Assembly (NCBI RefSeq): GCF_058153355.1 | Contig: NZ_CM177019.1 | Direction: 5' to 3' (one strand) | Length of the DNA stretch: 64,000 nucleotides | Shown: positions 13,126-24,962 of the stretch, one piece after another | How positions within the stretch are numbered: position 1 is the first letter of the stretch | How the letters are laid out: every line of letters starts with the position of its first letter | Program-made: the position numbers and the translations under genes | Notes under the pieces: generated by a model | The model's input: only the letters and a program-made list of their open reading frames with translations | Told to the model about the DNA's origin: nothing | Databases searched by the model: none

Positions 13126-14892
13126 ATGAATAAATCCCGTCAAAAAGAGTTAACCCGCTGGTTAAAACAGCAAAGCGTCATCTCCCAACGTTGGCTGAAT
13201 ATTTCTCGTCTACTGGGCTTTGTGAGCGGCATATTGATCATTGCCCAGGCCTGGTTCATGGCGCGTATTCTGCAACATATGATTATGGAGAGTATTCCCC
13301 GTGAAGCCCTGCTGCTTCCCTTTACGTTACTGGTTCTGACCTTTGTACTGCGCGCATGGGTGGTCTGGTTACGCGAACGAGTGGGTTATCACGCCGGGCA
13401 GCATATCCGCTTTGCCATCCGCCGTCAGGTTCTCGACCGTCTGCAACAAGCAGGGCCAGCGTGGATTCAGGGTAAACCGGCGGGGAGCTGGGCGACGCTG
13501 GTACTCGAGCAAATTGACGATATGCATGATTACTATGCACGCTACCTGCCGCAAATGGCGCTGGCAGTGTCGGTGCCGTTGCTGATTGTGGTGGCTATCT
13601 TCCCCTCTAACTGGGCTGCGGCGCTCATTCTGCTGGGCACTGCTCCGTTAATTCCGTTATTTATGGCGCTGGTTGGAATGGGGGCTGCCGATGCTAACCG
13701 ACATAACTTTCTCGCTCTTGCTCGCTTAAGTGGGCATTTTCTTGATCGCCTGCGCGGCATGGAAACATTGCGTATTTTTGGTCGTGGCGAAGCTGAAATT
13801 GAAAGTATTCGTTCTGCTTCGGAAGATTTCCGCCAACGGACAATGGAAGTGTTACGGCTGGCGTTTTTATCCTCCGGCATTCTGGAATTCTTTACCTCGC
13901 TGTCGATTGCTCTGGTGGCGGTCTATTTTGGTTTTTCCTATCTCGGTGAGCTGAATTTTGGTCACTACGATACTGGCGTGACGCTAGCTGCGGGTTTTCT
14001 GGCCCTGATCCTTGCGCCGGAGTTTTTCCAGCCATTGCGCGATCTGGGTACGTTTTATCATGCTAAAGCCCAGGCTGTTGGCGCGGCGGACAGTCTGAAA
14101 ACGTTTATGGAAACCCCGCTCGCCCATCCGCAGCGCGGTGAGGCTGAATTAACGTCGACCGATCCGGTGACCATTGAGGCCGAGGATCTGTTTATCACGT
14201 CGACGGAAGGTAAAACGCTGGCAGGTCCGTTGAACTTTACTTTGCCAGCAGGCCAACGAGCGGTGTTGGTTGGTCGTAGCGGTTCAGGTAAAAGCTCACT
14301 ACTGAATGCGCTTTCCGGTTTTCTTTCATATCAGGGATCGCTACGAATCAACGGAATAGAATTACGTGATTTATCACCAGAATCATGGCGTAAGCATCTC
14401 TCCTGGGTTGGTCAAAATCCACAATTACCAGCAGCAACACTACGAGATAACGTACTGCTGGCACGACCTGATGCCAGCGAACAAGAGTTACAAACAGCAC
14501 TGGATAACGCGTGGGTCAGTGAGTTTCTACCGCTCCTGCCACAAGGAGTTGATACGCCTGTTGGCGACCAGGCTGCCCGCCTTTCCGTAGGCCAGGCACA
14601 ACGTGTGGCGGTGGCGCGTGCATTACTGAATCCCTGTTCGCTATTACTGTTGGATGAACCCGCAGCAAGCCTTGATGCTCACAGTGAACAGCGCGTAATG
14701 GAGGCGCTGAATGCCGCCTCTCTGCGCCAGACAACGTTAATGGTCACCCACCAGTTAGAAGATCTTGCTGACTGGGATGTCATTTGGGTAATGCAGGATG
14801 GTCAGATTATCGAGCAAGGACGTTACGCGGAATTAAGCGTGGCTAACGGTCCTTTTGCCACATTGCTGGCCCATCGTCAGGAGGAGATTTAA
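13126..14892 (+). CDS. cydD: Cysteine/glutathione ABC exporter subunit CydD
   Basis: 588-aa ORF with a transmembrane domain followed by an ABC ATPase (GRSGSGKSS, LSVGQAQR). Confidence 0.95.
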   Translation: MNKSRQKELTRWLKQQSVISQRWLNISRLLGFVSGILIIAQAWFMARILQHMIMESIPREALLLPFTLLVLTFVLRAWVVWLRERVGYHAGQHIRFAIRRQVLDRLQQAGPAWIQGKPAGSWATLVLEQIDDMHDYYARYLPQMALAVSVPLLIVVAIFPSNWAAALILLGTAPLIPLFMALVGMGAADANRHNFLALARLSGHFLDRLRGMETLRIFGRGEAEIESIRSASEDFRQRTMEVLRLAFLSSGILEFFTSLSIALVAVYFGFSYLGELNFGHYDTGVTLAAGFLALILAPEFFQPLRDLGTFYHAKAQAVGAADSLKTFMETPLAHPQRGEAELTSTDPVTIEAEDLFITSTEGKTLAGPLNFTLPAGQRAVLVGRSGSGKSSLLNALSGFLSYQGSLRINGIELRDLSPESWRKHLSWVGQNPQLPAATLRDNVLLARPDASEQELQTALDNAWVSEFLPLLPQGVDTPVGDQAARLSVGQAQRVAVARALLNPCSLLLLDEPAASLDAHSEQRVMEALNAASLRQTTLMVTHQLEDLADWDVIWVMQDGQIIEQGRYAELSVANGPFATLLAHRQEEI

Positions 14893-16614
14893 ATGCGCGC
14901 TTTGCTACCCTATCTGGCACTGTATAAACGTCATAAATGGATGTTAAGTCTTGGTATTGTGCTGGCAATTGTCACACTGCTCGCCAGTATCGGTCTGTTG
15001 ACACTTTCCGGCTGGTTCCTCTCGGCCTCAGCGGTAGCGGGGGTTGCCGGACTGTACAGCTTCAACTATATGCTACCCGCTGCAGGCGTGCGTGGCGCAG
15101 CAATCACCCGTACCGCCGGGCGTTATTTTGAACGTCTGGTGAGCCATGACGCGACTTTCCGCGTGTTGCAGCATCTGCGCATTTACACCTTCAGCAAATT
15201 GCTCCCCCTCTCCCCTGCCGGACTGGCGCGCTATCGTCAGGGCGAATTGCTCAACCGCGTCGTGGCGGATGTTGATACGCTCGATCATCTTTACCTGCGC
15301 GTTATCTCGCCGCTGGTGGGCGCTTTTGTGGTGATTATGGTGGTGACAATCGGGTTAAGTTTCCTTGATTTCACCCTCGCCTTTACGCTGGGCGGCATTA
15401 TGTTACTGACGCTTTTGCTGATGCCACCGCTGTTTTATCGTGCGGGAAAAAGCACCGGGCAAAATCTGACTCATCTTCGCGGGCAGTATCGCCAACAACT
15501 GACAGCCTGGCTGCAAGGGCAAGCTGAGCTGACCATTTTTGGTGCCAGCGATCGTTATCGCACGCAATTAGAGAATACTGAAATTCAGTGGCTGGAAGCG
15601 CAACGCCGTCAATCTGAACTGACAGCTTTGTCGCAAGCAATAATGCTGTTAATTGGCGCGTTAGCGGTGATCCTGATGCTGTGGATGGCGTCTGGCGGCG
15701 TTGGTGGCAATACTCAACCAGGCGCGTTAATTGCCCTGTTTGTCTTCTGTGCGTTAGCCGCGTTTGAAGCACTGGCACCAGTAACGGGTGCATTTCAGCA
15801 TCTGGGGCAAGTCATTGCCTCTGCCGTACGGATCACCGATTTAACGGATCAAAAACCTGAAGTCACCTTCCCTGATACCCAAACCCGTGTTGCCGATTGC
15901 GTTTCGCTGACGTTACGGGATGTTCAGTTCACTTATCCGGAGCAGTCCCAACAGGCACTTAAAGGGATTTCTCTTCAGGTAAACGCCGGAGAACATATGG
16001 CGATTCTCGGGCGAACCGGATGCGGTAAATCAACATTGTTACAACTGCTGACCCGCGCATGGGACCCGCAACAGGGCGAGATTTTAATTAACGATAGCCC
16101 CATAGCCAGCCTGAACGAAGCAACTCTACGACAGACCATCAGCGTTGTGCCACAGCGAGTGCATCTGTTTAGCGCCACACTGCGTGATAATCTGTTACTC
16201 GCCTCCCCTGGCAGTAGTGATGAAGTTTTGGCGGAGATCTTGCGTCGAGTTGGTCTGGAGAAGCTGCTCGAGGATGCAGGTCTCAACAGTTGGTTAGGTG
16301 AAGGCGGACGCCAGCTCTCCGGTGGTGAACTGCGCCGTCTGGCTATCGCCCGTGCGCTGTTACATGATGCGCCACTGGTATTGCTGGATGAACCTACCGA
16401 AGGCTTAGATGCCACAACTGAAAGTCAGATCCTTGAATTACTTGCAGAAATGATGCGTGAGAAAACGGTGTTAATGGTCACCCATCGACTTCGCGGGCTC
16501 TCTCGTTTCCAGCAAATAATAGTGATGGACAACGGGCAAATTATTGAGCAAGGTACTCACGCAGAACTGCTTGCCCGACAGGGGCGTTATTACCAGTTTA
16601 AGCAGGGTTTGTAA
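14893..16614 (+). CDS. cydC: Cysteine/glutathione ABC exporter subunit CydC
   Basis: 573-aa ORF; start overlaps the cydD stop (TAAATG); ABC motifs GRTGCGKST, LSGGELRR. Confidence 0.95.
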   Translation: MRALLPYLALYKRHKWMLSLGIVLAIVTLLASIGLLTLSGWFLSASAVAGVAGLYSFNYMLPAAGVRGAAITRTAGRYFERLVSHDATFRVLQHLRIYTFSKLLPLSPAGLARYRQGELLNRVVADVDTLDHLYLRVISPLVGAFVVIMVVTIGLSFLDFTLAFTLGGIMLLTLLLMPPLFYRAGKSTGQNLTHLRGQYRQQLTAWLQGQAELTIFGASDRYRTQLENTEIQWLEAQRRQSELTALSQAIMLLIGALAVILMLWMASGGVGGNTQPGALIALFVFCALAAFEALAPVTGAFQHLGQVIASAVRITDLTDQKPEVTFPDTQTRVADCVSLTLRDVQFTYPEQSQQALKGISLQVNAGEHMAILGRTGCGKSTLLQLLTRAWDPQQGEILINDSPIASLNEATLRQTISVVPQRVHLFSATLRDNLLLASPGSSDEVLAEILRRVGLEKLLEDAGLNSWLGEGGRQLSGGELRRLAIARALLHDAPLVLLDEPTEGLDATTESQILELLAEMMREKTVLMVTHRLRGLSRFQQIIVMDNGQIIEQGTHAELLARQGRYYQFKQGL

Positions 16615-16655
16615 GCTATTATTGAACGATCCGACTTGCGTGGAGTTTTGCGGTC

Positions 16656-17360
16656 ATGCGCCTGGTTCAGCTTTCTCGCCATTCAATAGCCTTCCCTTCC
16701 CCGGAAGGCGCATTACGTGAGCCTAACGGCCTGCTGGCACTGGGGGGCGATCTTAGCCCTGCGCGCCTGTTAATGGCTTATCAGCGTGGTATTTTTCCGT
16801 GGTTTTCTCCAGGCGACCCCATCCTCTGGTGGTCGCCCGATCCTCGCGCGGTACTATGGCCTGAATCATTGCATATCAGCCGTAGTATGAAACGATTTCA
16901 TAAACGCTCGCCCTATCGTGTCACGATGAATTACGCCTTTGGTCAGGTCATTGAAGGCTGTGCCAGCGATCGCGAAGAAGGAACCTGGATCACGCGTGGC
17001 GTGGTCGAAGCCTACCATCGCCTTCACGAACTCGGTCATGCCCACTCCATCGAAGTCTGGTGTGAAGATGAGCTTGTTGGCGGTATGTACGGCGTGGCCC
17101 AGGGAACGCTATTTTGTGGCGAGTCCATGTTCAGCCGGATGGAAAATGCGTCTAAAACGGCGCTTCTGGTATTCTGTGAGGAATTTATTGGTCATGGCGG
17201 TAAACTTATCGACTGCCAGGTACTTAACGATCACACAGCGTCGCTTGGTGCCTGCGAAATTCCCCGCCGGGATTATCTGAATTATCTCAACCAAATGCGC
17301 CTCGGACGATTGCCGAATAATTTCTGGGTACCACGATGCTTGTTTTCACCACAAGAATGA
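16656..17360 (+). CDS. aat: Leucyl/phenylalanyl-tRNA-protein transferase
   Basis: 234-aa ORF in the conserved cydC-aat-infA arrangement. Confidence 0.93.
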   Translation: MRLVQLSRHSIAFPSPEGALREPNGLLALGGDLSPARLLMAYQRGIFPWFSPGDPILWWSPDPRAVLWPESLHISRSMKRFHKRSPYRVTMNYAFGQVIEGCASDREEGTWITRGVVEAYHRLHELGHAHSIEVWCEDELVGGMYGVAQGTLFCGESMFSRMENASKTALLVFCEEFIGHGGKLIDCQVLNDHTASLGACEIPRRDYLNYLNQMRLGRLPNNFWVPRCLFSPQE

Positions 17361-17641
17361 ATGTTTTCGGCACATTTCTCCCCAGAGTGTTATAATTGCG
17401 GTCGCAGAGTTGGTTACGCTCATTACCCCGCTGCCGATAAGGAATTTTTCGCGTCAGGTAACGCCCATCGTTTATCTCACCGCTCCCTTATACGTTGCGC
17501 TTTTGGTGCGGCTTAGCCGTGTGTTTTCGGAGTAATGTGCCGAACCTGTTTGTTGCGATTTAGCGCGCAAATCTTTACTTATTTACAGAACTTCGGCATT
17601 ATCTTGCCGGTTCAAATTACGGTAGTGATACCCCAGAGGAT

Positions 17642-17863
<222 letters not shown>

Positions 17864-17904
17864 TTGTTTTACCGCCTGATGGGCGAAGAGAAAGAACGAG
17901 TAAA

Positions 17905-17932
17905 AGGTCGGTTTAACCGGCCTTTTTATTTT
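17905..17932 (+). terminator. Rho-independent terminator after infA
   Basis: Hairpin AGGTCGG-TTTAA-CCGGCCT followed by a T-run. Confidence 0.5.
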
Positions 17933-18110
17933 GTACGAAGAACGCTGGAAGTATAAGTACATAACTTGTCTCGATGTAGATATACTGCACAACTTGTTTA
18001 CAGTATGAGCAAACGAGAATTGTCAGTAAAATTCTTCTTGACCGTTTTACTCCAACTCCCTATAGTAGCGCCCCGTTGCCCCCCCATGAGGTCAGGCAGC
18101 AAAACAATTT

Positions 18111-18198
18111 GGTGAGGTGTCCGAGTGGCTGAAGGAGCACGCCTGGAAAGTGTGTATACGGCAACGTATCGGGGGTTCGAATCCCCCCCTCACCGCCA
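18111..18198 (+). tRNA. serW: tRNA-Ser (anticodon GGA)
   Basis: 88-nt sequence GGTGAGGTGTCCGAGTGGCTGAAGG...GGGGGTTCGAATCCCCCCCTCACCGCCA; long variable arm, anticodon loop CUGGAAA, encoded CCA. Confidence 0.96.
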
Positions 18199-18212
18199 TA
18201 TTTGAAGAAGAG

Positions 18213-18239
18213 CTCGTACGAAAGTACGGGCTTTTTTTT
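18213..18239 (+). terminator. Rho-independent terminator after serW
   Basis: Stem CTCGTAC/GTACGGG with GAAA tetraloop, then T8. Confidence 0.6.
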
Positions 18240-18249
18240 CGCATTTTAT

Positions 18250-18324
18250 CTGCCTGTACGGCAGTAAACCGAATGGCTTTTAATTCCTCGCTAAAGCGCA
18301 CTTTCTAAGCTGCCTGTACGGCAG
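18250..18324. repeat. Two copies of a 15-bp near-palindrome CTGCCTGTACGGCAG, 60 bp apart, in the serW-clpA intergenic region
   Basis: Exact duplicate at 18250-18264 and 18310-18324. Confidence 0.6.
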
Positions 18325-18542
18325 TGAACTCAAATACTACACGTTTAGCCCGTTGTTAATAAAGCAAAACCATCTCATTCTCCTGCTGCCCCCCTTTTTT
18401 ATCCTTACCTTCCAGCAGCACTAATTATCAACAACTTACCATCATCATCAAAAAAAGGGTCTGGACCTCCTCCACCCCATAAATAAAAAGTCCGTAACCC
18501 CTGACGAGATTACGGACTTCACAAACCTACCTAACAATCAGA

Positions 18543-20819
18543 TTAATGCGCTGCTTCCGCCTTGTGCTTTTGTGCACTCTGGAATCCGTAAGTCAGCTCA
18601 TTTTTCTCTTTATCCAGCGCGACGGTGACCTGACCGCCGTCCACTAGCGAACCAAACAGCAATTCGTTAGCGAGTGGTTTTTTCAGGTTGTCCTGGATGA
18701 CTCGTGCCATCGGACGTGCGCCCATCGCCCGGTCGTAACCTTTCTCGGCCAGCCAGTTACGCGCTTCCTGGCTCACTTCCAGAGAAACACCTTTCTGATC
18801 CAACTGAACCTGCAACTCGACGATGAATTTATCCACTACCTGATGGATCACGTCGGTGGAGAGATGATCGAACCAGATAATGTTGTCGAGACGGTTACGG
18901 AATTCCGGTGTAAAGATCTTCTTGATCTCTTCCATCGCATCGGTGCTGTTATCCTGGTGGATAAGACCAATGGATTTACGCTCAGTTTCCCGTACCCCGG
19001 CATTAGTGGTCATCACCAGCACCACGTTACGGAAGTCCGCTTTGCGTCCGTTGTTATCGGTCAGCGTACCGTTGTCCATCACCTGCAACAGAATATTGAA
19101 CACGTCCGGGTGCGCTTTCTCGATTTCGTCCAGCAGCAGCACCGCATGAGGATGCTTGATGACCGCATCAGTCAGCAAACCGCCCTGATCAAAACCAACG
19201 TATCCCGGAGGCGCACCAATCAGACGGCTGACGGTATGGCGTTCCATATACTCGGACATATCAAAGCGCAGAAGCTCAATGCCCAAAGCTTTCGAAAGCT
19301 GTACCGTCACCTCTGTTTTCCCGACCCCGGTAGGGCCGGCAAACAGGAACGAACCGACTGGTTTATGTTCGTGACCTAAACCTGCACGCGCCATCTTAAT
19401 GGCTTCAGTCAGCGCCTCAATGGCTTTATCCTGACCGAAGACCAGCATTTTCAGGCGATCGCTGAGGTTTTTCAAGGTATCGCGGTCACTCTGAGAAACA
19501 CTCTTCTCTGGAATGCGCGCAATACGGGCCACCACGGACTCAATATCCGCCACATTAACGGTTTTCTTGCGTTTGCTTACCGGCATCAGGCGTGCGCGAG
19601 CGCCCGCTTCGTCGATAACGTCAATGGCTTTATCCGGCAGATGACGATCGTTAATGTATTTCACCGCCAGCTCTACCGCTGCACGCACCGCTTTTGCGGT
19701 ATAACGCACGTCATGGTGCGCTTCGTACTTCGGTTTCAGGCCGTTGATGATCTGTACGGTTTCTTCGATCGACGGTTCAGTAATATCAATTTTCTGGAAG
19801 CGACGCGCCAGAGCACGGTCTTTCTCGAAAATGTTGCTGAACTCCTGATAGGTTGTCGAACCAATTACGCGAATTTTACCGCTTGAGAGCAACGGTTTGA
19901 TCAGGTTAGCCGCATCAACCTGACCACCAGAGGCTGCACCCGCACCGATAATGGTGTGGATCTCATCAATAAACAGGATGCTGTTAGTGTCCTGCTCCAG
20001 CTGCTTGAGCAACGCTTTAAAACGTTTTTCAAAGTCGCCGCGATATTTTGTGCCCGCTAACAGAGAACCGATATCGAGAGAGTAAATCGTACAGTCAGCC
20101 ATCACTTCCGGCACATCGCCCTGAACAATTCGCCATGCAAGACCTTCCGCAATCGCGGTTTTACCGACACCAGACTCCCCCACCAGCAGCGGGTTGTTTT
20201 TACGGCGACGGCAGAGAACCTGAATAGCACGCTCCAGCTCCTTCTCACGACCAATCAGTGGGTCGATTCCGCCCACACGCGCAAGCTGATTCAGGTTCGT
20301 CGTGAAATTCTCCATACGTTCCTCCCCACCAGCTTGTTCTTCGCTGTTTGGCTGGCTGCCAGGATCAGAAGACTGTGTCGGCTCGTCTTTACGCGTGCCA
20401 TGAGAGATAAAGTTCACCACATCGAGACGGCTGACTTCATGTTTGCGCAACAAATATGCCGCCTGCGACTCCTGTTCGCTAAAGATAGCGACCAGAACGT
20501 TTGCACCGGTAACCTCATTGCGACCGGAGGACTGGACATGGAAGACCGCACGTTGCAGTACACGCTGAAAACTCAGCGTTGGCTGTGTGTCGCGCTCCTC
20601 TTCACTGGCAGGCAGAACGGGTGTGGTTTGTTCAATAAAGGCTTCCAGTTCCTGACGGAGCGCAACCAAATCCACAGAACACGCTTCCAGCGCCTCCCGG
20701 GCAGATGGGTTACTGAGCAGCGCCAGTAACAAGTGCTCGACGGTCATAAACTCATGACGGTGCTCGCGCGCTCTGGCGAAAGCCATATTTAAACTGAGTT
20801 CCAGTTCTTGATTGAGCAT
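18543..20819 (-). CDS. clpA: ATP-dependent Clp protease ATP-binding subunit ClpA
   Basis: Start moved to [19 protein letters not shown] (758 aa); two AAA+ modules ([16 protein letters not shown]). Confidence 0.95.
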   Translation of the reverse strand: MLNQELELSLNMAFARAREHRHEFMTVEHLLLALLSNPSAREALEACSVDLVALRQELEAFIEQTTPVLPASEEERDTQPTLSFQRVLQRAVFHVQSSGRNEVTGANVLVAIFSEQESQAAYLLRKHEVSRLDVVNFISHGTRKDEPTQSSDPGSQPNSEEQAGGEERMENFTTNLNQLARVGGIDPLIGREKELERAIQVLCRRRKNNPLLVGESGVGKTAIAEGLAWRIVQGDVPEVMADCTIYSLDIGSLLAGTKYRGDFEKRFKALLKQLEQDTNSILFIDEIHTIIGAGAASGGQVDAANLIKPLLSSGKIRVIGSTTYQEFSNIFEKDRALARRFQKIDITEPSIEETVQIINGLKPKYEAHHDVRYTAKAVRAAVELAVKYINDRHLPDKAIDVIDEAGARARLMPVSKRKKTVNVADIESVVARIARIPEKSVSQSDRDTLKNLSDRLKMLVFGQDKAIEALTEAIKMARAGLGHEHKPVGSFLFAGPTGVGKTEVTVQLSKALGIELLRFDMSEYMERHTVSRLIGAPPGYVGFDQGGLLTDAVIKHPHAVLLLDEIEKAHPDVFNILLQVMDNGTLTDNNGRKADFRNVVLVMTTNAGVRETERKSIGLIHQDNSTDAMEEIKKIFTPEFRNRLDNIIWFDHLSTDVIHQVVDKFIVELQVQLDQKGVSLEVSQEARNWLAEKGYDRAMGARPMARVIQDNLKKPLANELLFGSLVDGGQVTVALDKEKNELTYGFQSAQKHKAEAAH

Positions 20820-20849
20820 AGGCACCTCCCCCAATTTTTATGCCTGCAT

Positions 20850-21170
20850 TCAGGCTTTTTCTAGCGTACACAGCAATGGATGCTCATTCTCCCTCGCGTA
20901 CTTGTTCACCATCGCCACTTTGGTTTCTGCAACCTCGGCGGTAAAGACTCCGCAAATGGCCTTCCCCTGGTAGTGAACAGCGAGCATCAATTGCGTTGCA
21001 CGTTCTACATCATAAGAAAAGAATTTTTGTAACACGTCAATAACAAACTCCATCGGAGTGTAATCATCATTGACTAATATCACTTTATACATAGATGGCG
21101 GTTTTAGCGCGTCGCGAACTTTTTCTTCCGCCAGTTGATCAAAGTCCAGCCAGTCGTTCGTTTTACCCAT
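20850..21170 (-). CDS. clpS: ClpA adaptor ClpS
   Basis: 106-aa ORF immediately upstream of clpA; recognised as ClpS. Confidence 0.94.
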
Positions 21171-21492
21171 TGTCAGTTATCATCTTCGGTTACGGTTATC
21201 GGCAGAACGCCCTGCCGCTGACAAGAGCTTATTTGCCTGACCAATCTACTCCACATGATAGATAACTATCATCTATCGTTGGCATCAGCGACATCTGTCA
21301 CATTCCTGTCAATAGCGTTAACTGCTTCAAATTTTTGATTCATACCTGCCCCCTGGCCCCTGTCAAATGCTTGACGGCTCGCCCTAATTCTCTAAATTGT
21401 ATTTCTAGAGTTGGCGAGGTTTTGAACAGCCCCCTCTCTGACCCCGGTTTATTCCATCTTACTTGTATAAGATTTGCGAAGGATGTCGAAGC

Positions 21493-21717
21493 ATGGAAAA
21501 GGGTACTGTTAAGTGGTTCAACAATGCCAAAGGGTTTGGTTTCATCTGCCCTGAAGGCGGCGGCGAAGATATTTTCGCTCATTATTCCACCATTCAGATG
21601 GATGGTTACAGAACGCTAAAAGCTGGACAATCCGTTCAGTTTGATGTCCACCAGGGGCCAAAAGGCAATCACGCCAGTGTTATTGTGCCCGTCGAAGTAG
21701 AAGCGGCAGTCGCATAG
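21493..21717 (+). CDS. cspD: Cold-shock-domain protein CspD
   Basis: Start moved to MEKGTVKWFNNAKGFGFI (74 aa); RNP motifs. Confidence 0.93.
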   Translation: MEKGTVKWFNNAKGFGFICPEGGGEDIFAHYSTIQMDGYRTLKAGQSVQFDVHQGPKGNHASVIVPVEVEAAVA

Positions 21718-21789
21718 CTCTTCTGTCTCATTGTGTACATCCTAAAGGCAAAATGCCAGCCCGATCGGCTGGCATTTTTATCTCAAAAA

Positions 21790-23736
21790 TTACTCTCGTG
21801 CCAGAGCATCTACTGGATCCAGTCGTGCCGCATTTCGTGCGGGTAACCAGCCAAATAAAATCCCGGTGACCGTCGAGCAGAGAAACGCCAGCAGCAGCGC
21901 CAACGGTGAAAAACCAATCTCCCAGCCGGGTAAAAAAAGCTGCAAGGTGAAAGCAATTAACAGTGACAGTGTTATTCCCAACGCGCCACCGACCAGGCAA
22001 ACCAGTACGGCTTCGATCAGAAACTGTTGCAAAACATCGCTTGCTCGCGCACCTACAGCCATGCGAATGCCAATTTCCCGCGTCCGCTCGGTCACTGACA
22101 CCAGCATAATATTCATTACACCAATACCGCCCACCACCAGCGAAATCACCGCCACCAGCGTCAGAAACAGTTGTAAAGTACGTGTGGTCTTTTCAACGGT
22201 TTTCAAGACGCCGTCCATGTTCCAGGTAAAGAAATCCTTCTTACCGTGGCGCAGTGAAAGTAAACGCGTGAGTTGCTGTTCCGCCTCAGCGCTGTCAAAT
22301 CCTTCTTTCACCCTGACAGTAATAGAGTTCAGCCACGACTGGCCCATAACTCGCCCGGACATCGTGCTGTAAGGTAACCACACGCGCAGCACTTTACTAC
22401 TGCCAAACATCGACTGTTTTTCCTCTGCCACGCCGATGACTCTCGCTGGCATATTACCAACCAAGATAACCTCGCCAACCACATTTGCTTTATGGGGGAA
22501 AAGCTGACGGCGAGTATTACTGTCGAGAACCACGACTTGCGCACGGCCATTCAGCTGTTCCTGATTAAAGGTATTCCCTTCGCTGAAGGTCATGCCATAG
22601 ACATTGAAATAATCGCCGCTCACGCCATTGGCACTGGCAGCCACATCAACATTGTTATAACGCAGGCGCAGATTTTGCGAGACGGCAGGAGTGGCTGAGG
22701 CGACCCACGGTTGTTTCTGGATGGCAATTAAGTCGTCGTACTTTAGCGCCTGCTGATATTGCGGATCGTCATCGCCAAAATCTTTTCCGGGATAGACATC
22801 GATAGTATTCGTACCAATAGAACGGATATCCGCCAGCACCATTTGTTTAGCGGCATCGCCCACCACGACAATTGAAACCACCGACGCAATACCGATAATA
22901 ATCCCCAGCATGGTCAGTAAAGTACGCATTTTATTCGCTGCCAGCGCCCGCCACGCCATCGTCAGCGCCTCGTTAAAACCGCTGACAAACTGCCGCCAGC
23001 CAGACGCCGTGTTGATAACAGGCTCCGTCCCGCCAGCAACATTCACTTTTTCAATGGCGGGAGGATTGCGCACAATTTCGCCGTCGCGAATTTCGATCAC
23101 CCGCTCGGCCTGAGCAGCGACCTGCGGATCGTGGGTAACGATAATCACCGTATGCCCGCGATCGCGCAGCTGATGCAGGATCGCCATTACCTCCTCACCG
23201 GAATGGCTGTCCAGTGCGCCGGTTGGTTCATCGGCAAGAATTACCTGACCGCCGTTCATCAATGCCCGCGCGATGCTGACGCGCTGTTGCTGACCACCCG
23301 AAAGCTGTGCCGGGTAATACTCTGTACGGTCTTCCAGCCCCAGTCGTTGCAGTAACTCCTGGGCGCAAAGCAACCGCTGTTTCCGCTCAAGACCGGCATA
23401 GACGGCGGGTACTTCAACGTTCTGCTCGGCGGTTAAATGTGAAAGCAAATGGTAACGCTGGAAAATAAAGCCGAAGTGTTCGCGACGCAGTTGCGCCAGC
23501 GCATCGGCGTCCAGCATGGCAACATCCTGACCGGCGACGCGATAGGTGCCGCTGGTGGCCTTATCCAGGCAGCCGAGAATATTCATCAGGGTCGATTTAC
23601 CGGAACCCGAAGCGCCGACAATCGCCACCATCTCACCAGCATAAATATCGAGGGTGATGCCCTTCAGCACCTCAACCTGCTCATCACCGGCAGGATAGCT
23701 GCGACGAATATCCTTTAATTCGAGCAAGGGCGTCAT
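21790..23736 (-). CDS. macB: Macrolide ABC exporter ATPase/permease MacB
   Basis: 648-aa ORF; N-terminal ABC ATPase (GASGSGKST), C-terminal FtsX-like permease. Confidence 0.95.
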   Translation of the reverse strand: MTPLLELKDIRRSYPAGDEQVEVLKGITLDIYAGEMVAIVGASGSGKSTLMNILGCLDKATSGTYRVAGQDVAMLDADALAQLRREHFGFIFQRYHLLSHLTAEQNVEVPAVYAGLERKQRLLCAQELLQRLGLEDRTEYYPAQLSGGQQQRVSIARALMNGGQVILADEPTGALDSHSGEEVMAILHQLRDRGHTVIIVTHDPQVAAQAERVIEIRDGEIVRNPPAIEKVNVAGGTEPVINTASGWRQFVSGFNEALTMAWRALAANKMRTLLTMLGIIIGIASVVSIVVVGDAAKQMVLADIRSIGTNTIDVYPGKDFGDDDPQYQQALKYDDLIAIQKQPWVASATPAVSQNLRLRYNNVDVAASANGVSGDYFNVYGMTFSEGNTFNQEQLNGRAQVVVLDSNTRRQLFPHKANVVGEVILVGNMPARVIGVAEEKQSMFGSSKVLRVWLPYSTMSGRVMGQSWLNSITVRVKEGFDSAEAEQQLTRLLSLRHGKKDFFTWNMDGVLKTVEKTTRTLQLFLTLVAVISLVVGGIGVMNIMLVSVTERTREIGIRMAVGARASDVLQQFLIEAVLVCLVGGALGITLSLLIAFTLQLFLPGWEIGFSPLALLLAFLCSTVTGILFGWLPARNAARLDPVDALARE

Positions 23737-24848
23737 TGTGCAGCTCCTGGTTTGGCCTCACCAATCACCACTTCATCGCCCGCTTCCAGCCCTTTGACAA
23801 TCTCAACATCGGTATCGTTACGTGCGCCAATCGTCACTTCACGCTCGCGTGTTTCACCATTACGCAACAATTTGACTTTATAACGATTATCGCCAACCGG
23901 ATCGCCTAACGCCGACAGAGGGATCGTCAGCACATTTTTCACATCGGTGAGCTGAATATGCACTTGCGCGGTCATATCCAGCCGCAGCAAACCATTGGGG
24001 TTGGGTACTTCAAAACGGGCGTAATAGAAAATAGCGTCGTTAACCTTATCCGGCGTCGGTAGCACATCCTTGATTTGCCCCTCATAGCGCGTCAGCGGAT
24101 CGCCAAGCACCGTAAACCAGGCTTTTTGCCCCGGCTTCAGGTGGATTACATCCGCTTCAGAAACCTGCGCTTTTACCAGCATGGTGCTCATATCTGCCAG
24201 CGTCAGAATGTTCGGTGCTTGTTGTGCGGCAATCACCGTCTGGCCTTGCAGAGTGGTGATTTGCGTGACTTCCCCGGCCATCGGGGCAACGATGCGGGTG
24301 TAATCGAGATTGGTTTTAGCCGTATCGAGTGAGGCCTGATTGCGCTTGATTTGCGCGTCAATGGTGCCAATTTGCGCCTGTTTCACAGCCATCTCCGTCG
24401 CGGCGGTATCGAGATCCTGCTGTGAAACCGCCTGCGTTTGTGCAAGACGTTGCTGACGGGAATACGTCACCCGCGCCAGTTTCAGTTCCGCTTCCGCCTG
24501 CTGACGCTGCGCGCGCAACTCCATCAACGTTGCTTCCACTTCTTTGATCTGGTTTTCAGCCTGTTCAGGATCAATAACACCTAAAAGTTGGTCTTTTTTT
24601 ACTTTATCGCCAATCGCCACCGACAGCGTTTTCAACTGACCGCTGACCTGTGCACCCACGTCAACCTTACGCAGCGCGTCCAGCTTTCCGGTCGCCAGCA
24701 CGCTTTGCTGTAAATCACCGGGGCGCACAATCAGCGTCTGATAAGTCGGCACGGGTGCGTTAAGAATTCTCCATAACGCAATCAGTCCGGCAATGATTAT
24801 CACCAGCGCAATAACGTAACGCTTCTTCACGGTTTTCCGCTTTTTCAT
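23733..24848 (-). CDS. macA: Macrolide exporter periplasmic adaptor MacA
   Basis: Start moved to [15 protein letters not shown] (371 aa); membrane-fusion coiled coil; overlaps macB by 4 bp. Confidence 0.94.
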   Translation of the reverse strand: MKKRKTVKKRYVIALVIIIAGLIALWRILNAPVPTYQTLIVRPGDLQQSVLATGKLDALRKVDVGAQVSGQLKTLSVAIGDKVKKDQLLGVIDPEQAENQIKEVEATLMELRAQRQQAEAELKLARVTYSRQQRLAQTQAVSQQDLDTAATEMAVKQAQIGTIDAQIKRNQASLDTAKTNLDYTRIVAPMAGEVTQITTLQGQTVIAAQQAPNILTLADMSTMLVKAQVSEADVIHLKPGQKAWFTVLGDPLTRYEGQIKDVLPTPDKVNDAIFYYARFEVPNPNGLLRLDMTAQVHIQLTDVKNVLTIPLSALGDPVGDNRYKVKLLRNGETREREVTIGARNDTDVEIVKGLEAGDEVVIGEAKPGAAQ

Positions 24849-24962
24849 AAATATTCTGAATACTCCATATGCCAATCCGGGTCATTAACTTCAACGAAAT
24901 ATCAACAAAACCCTAAAATTTACGTTAGTAATCACACTATTGATGTTTGGTTAAGATACGCC

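Noticed and set aside
18111-18542. Possible genomic island integrated at serW
   Set aside because: tRNA-Ser genes are common island integration sites, but here serW is intact and followed directly by its terminator and the clpA upstream region; no integrase or direct repeat of the tRNA 3' end is present.
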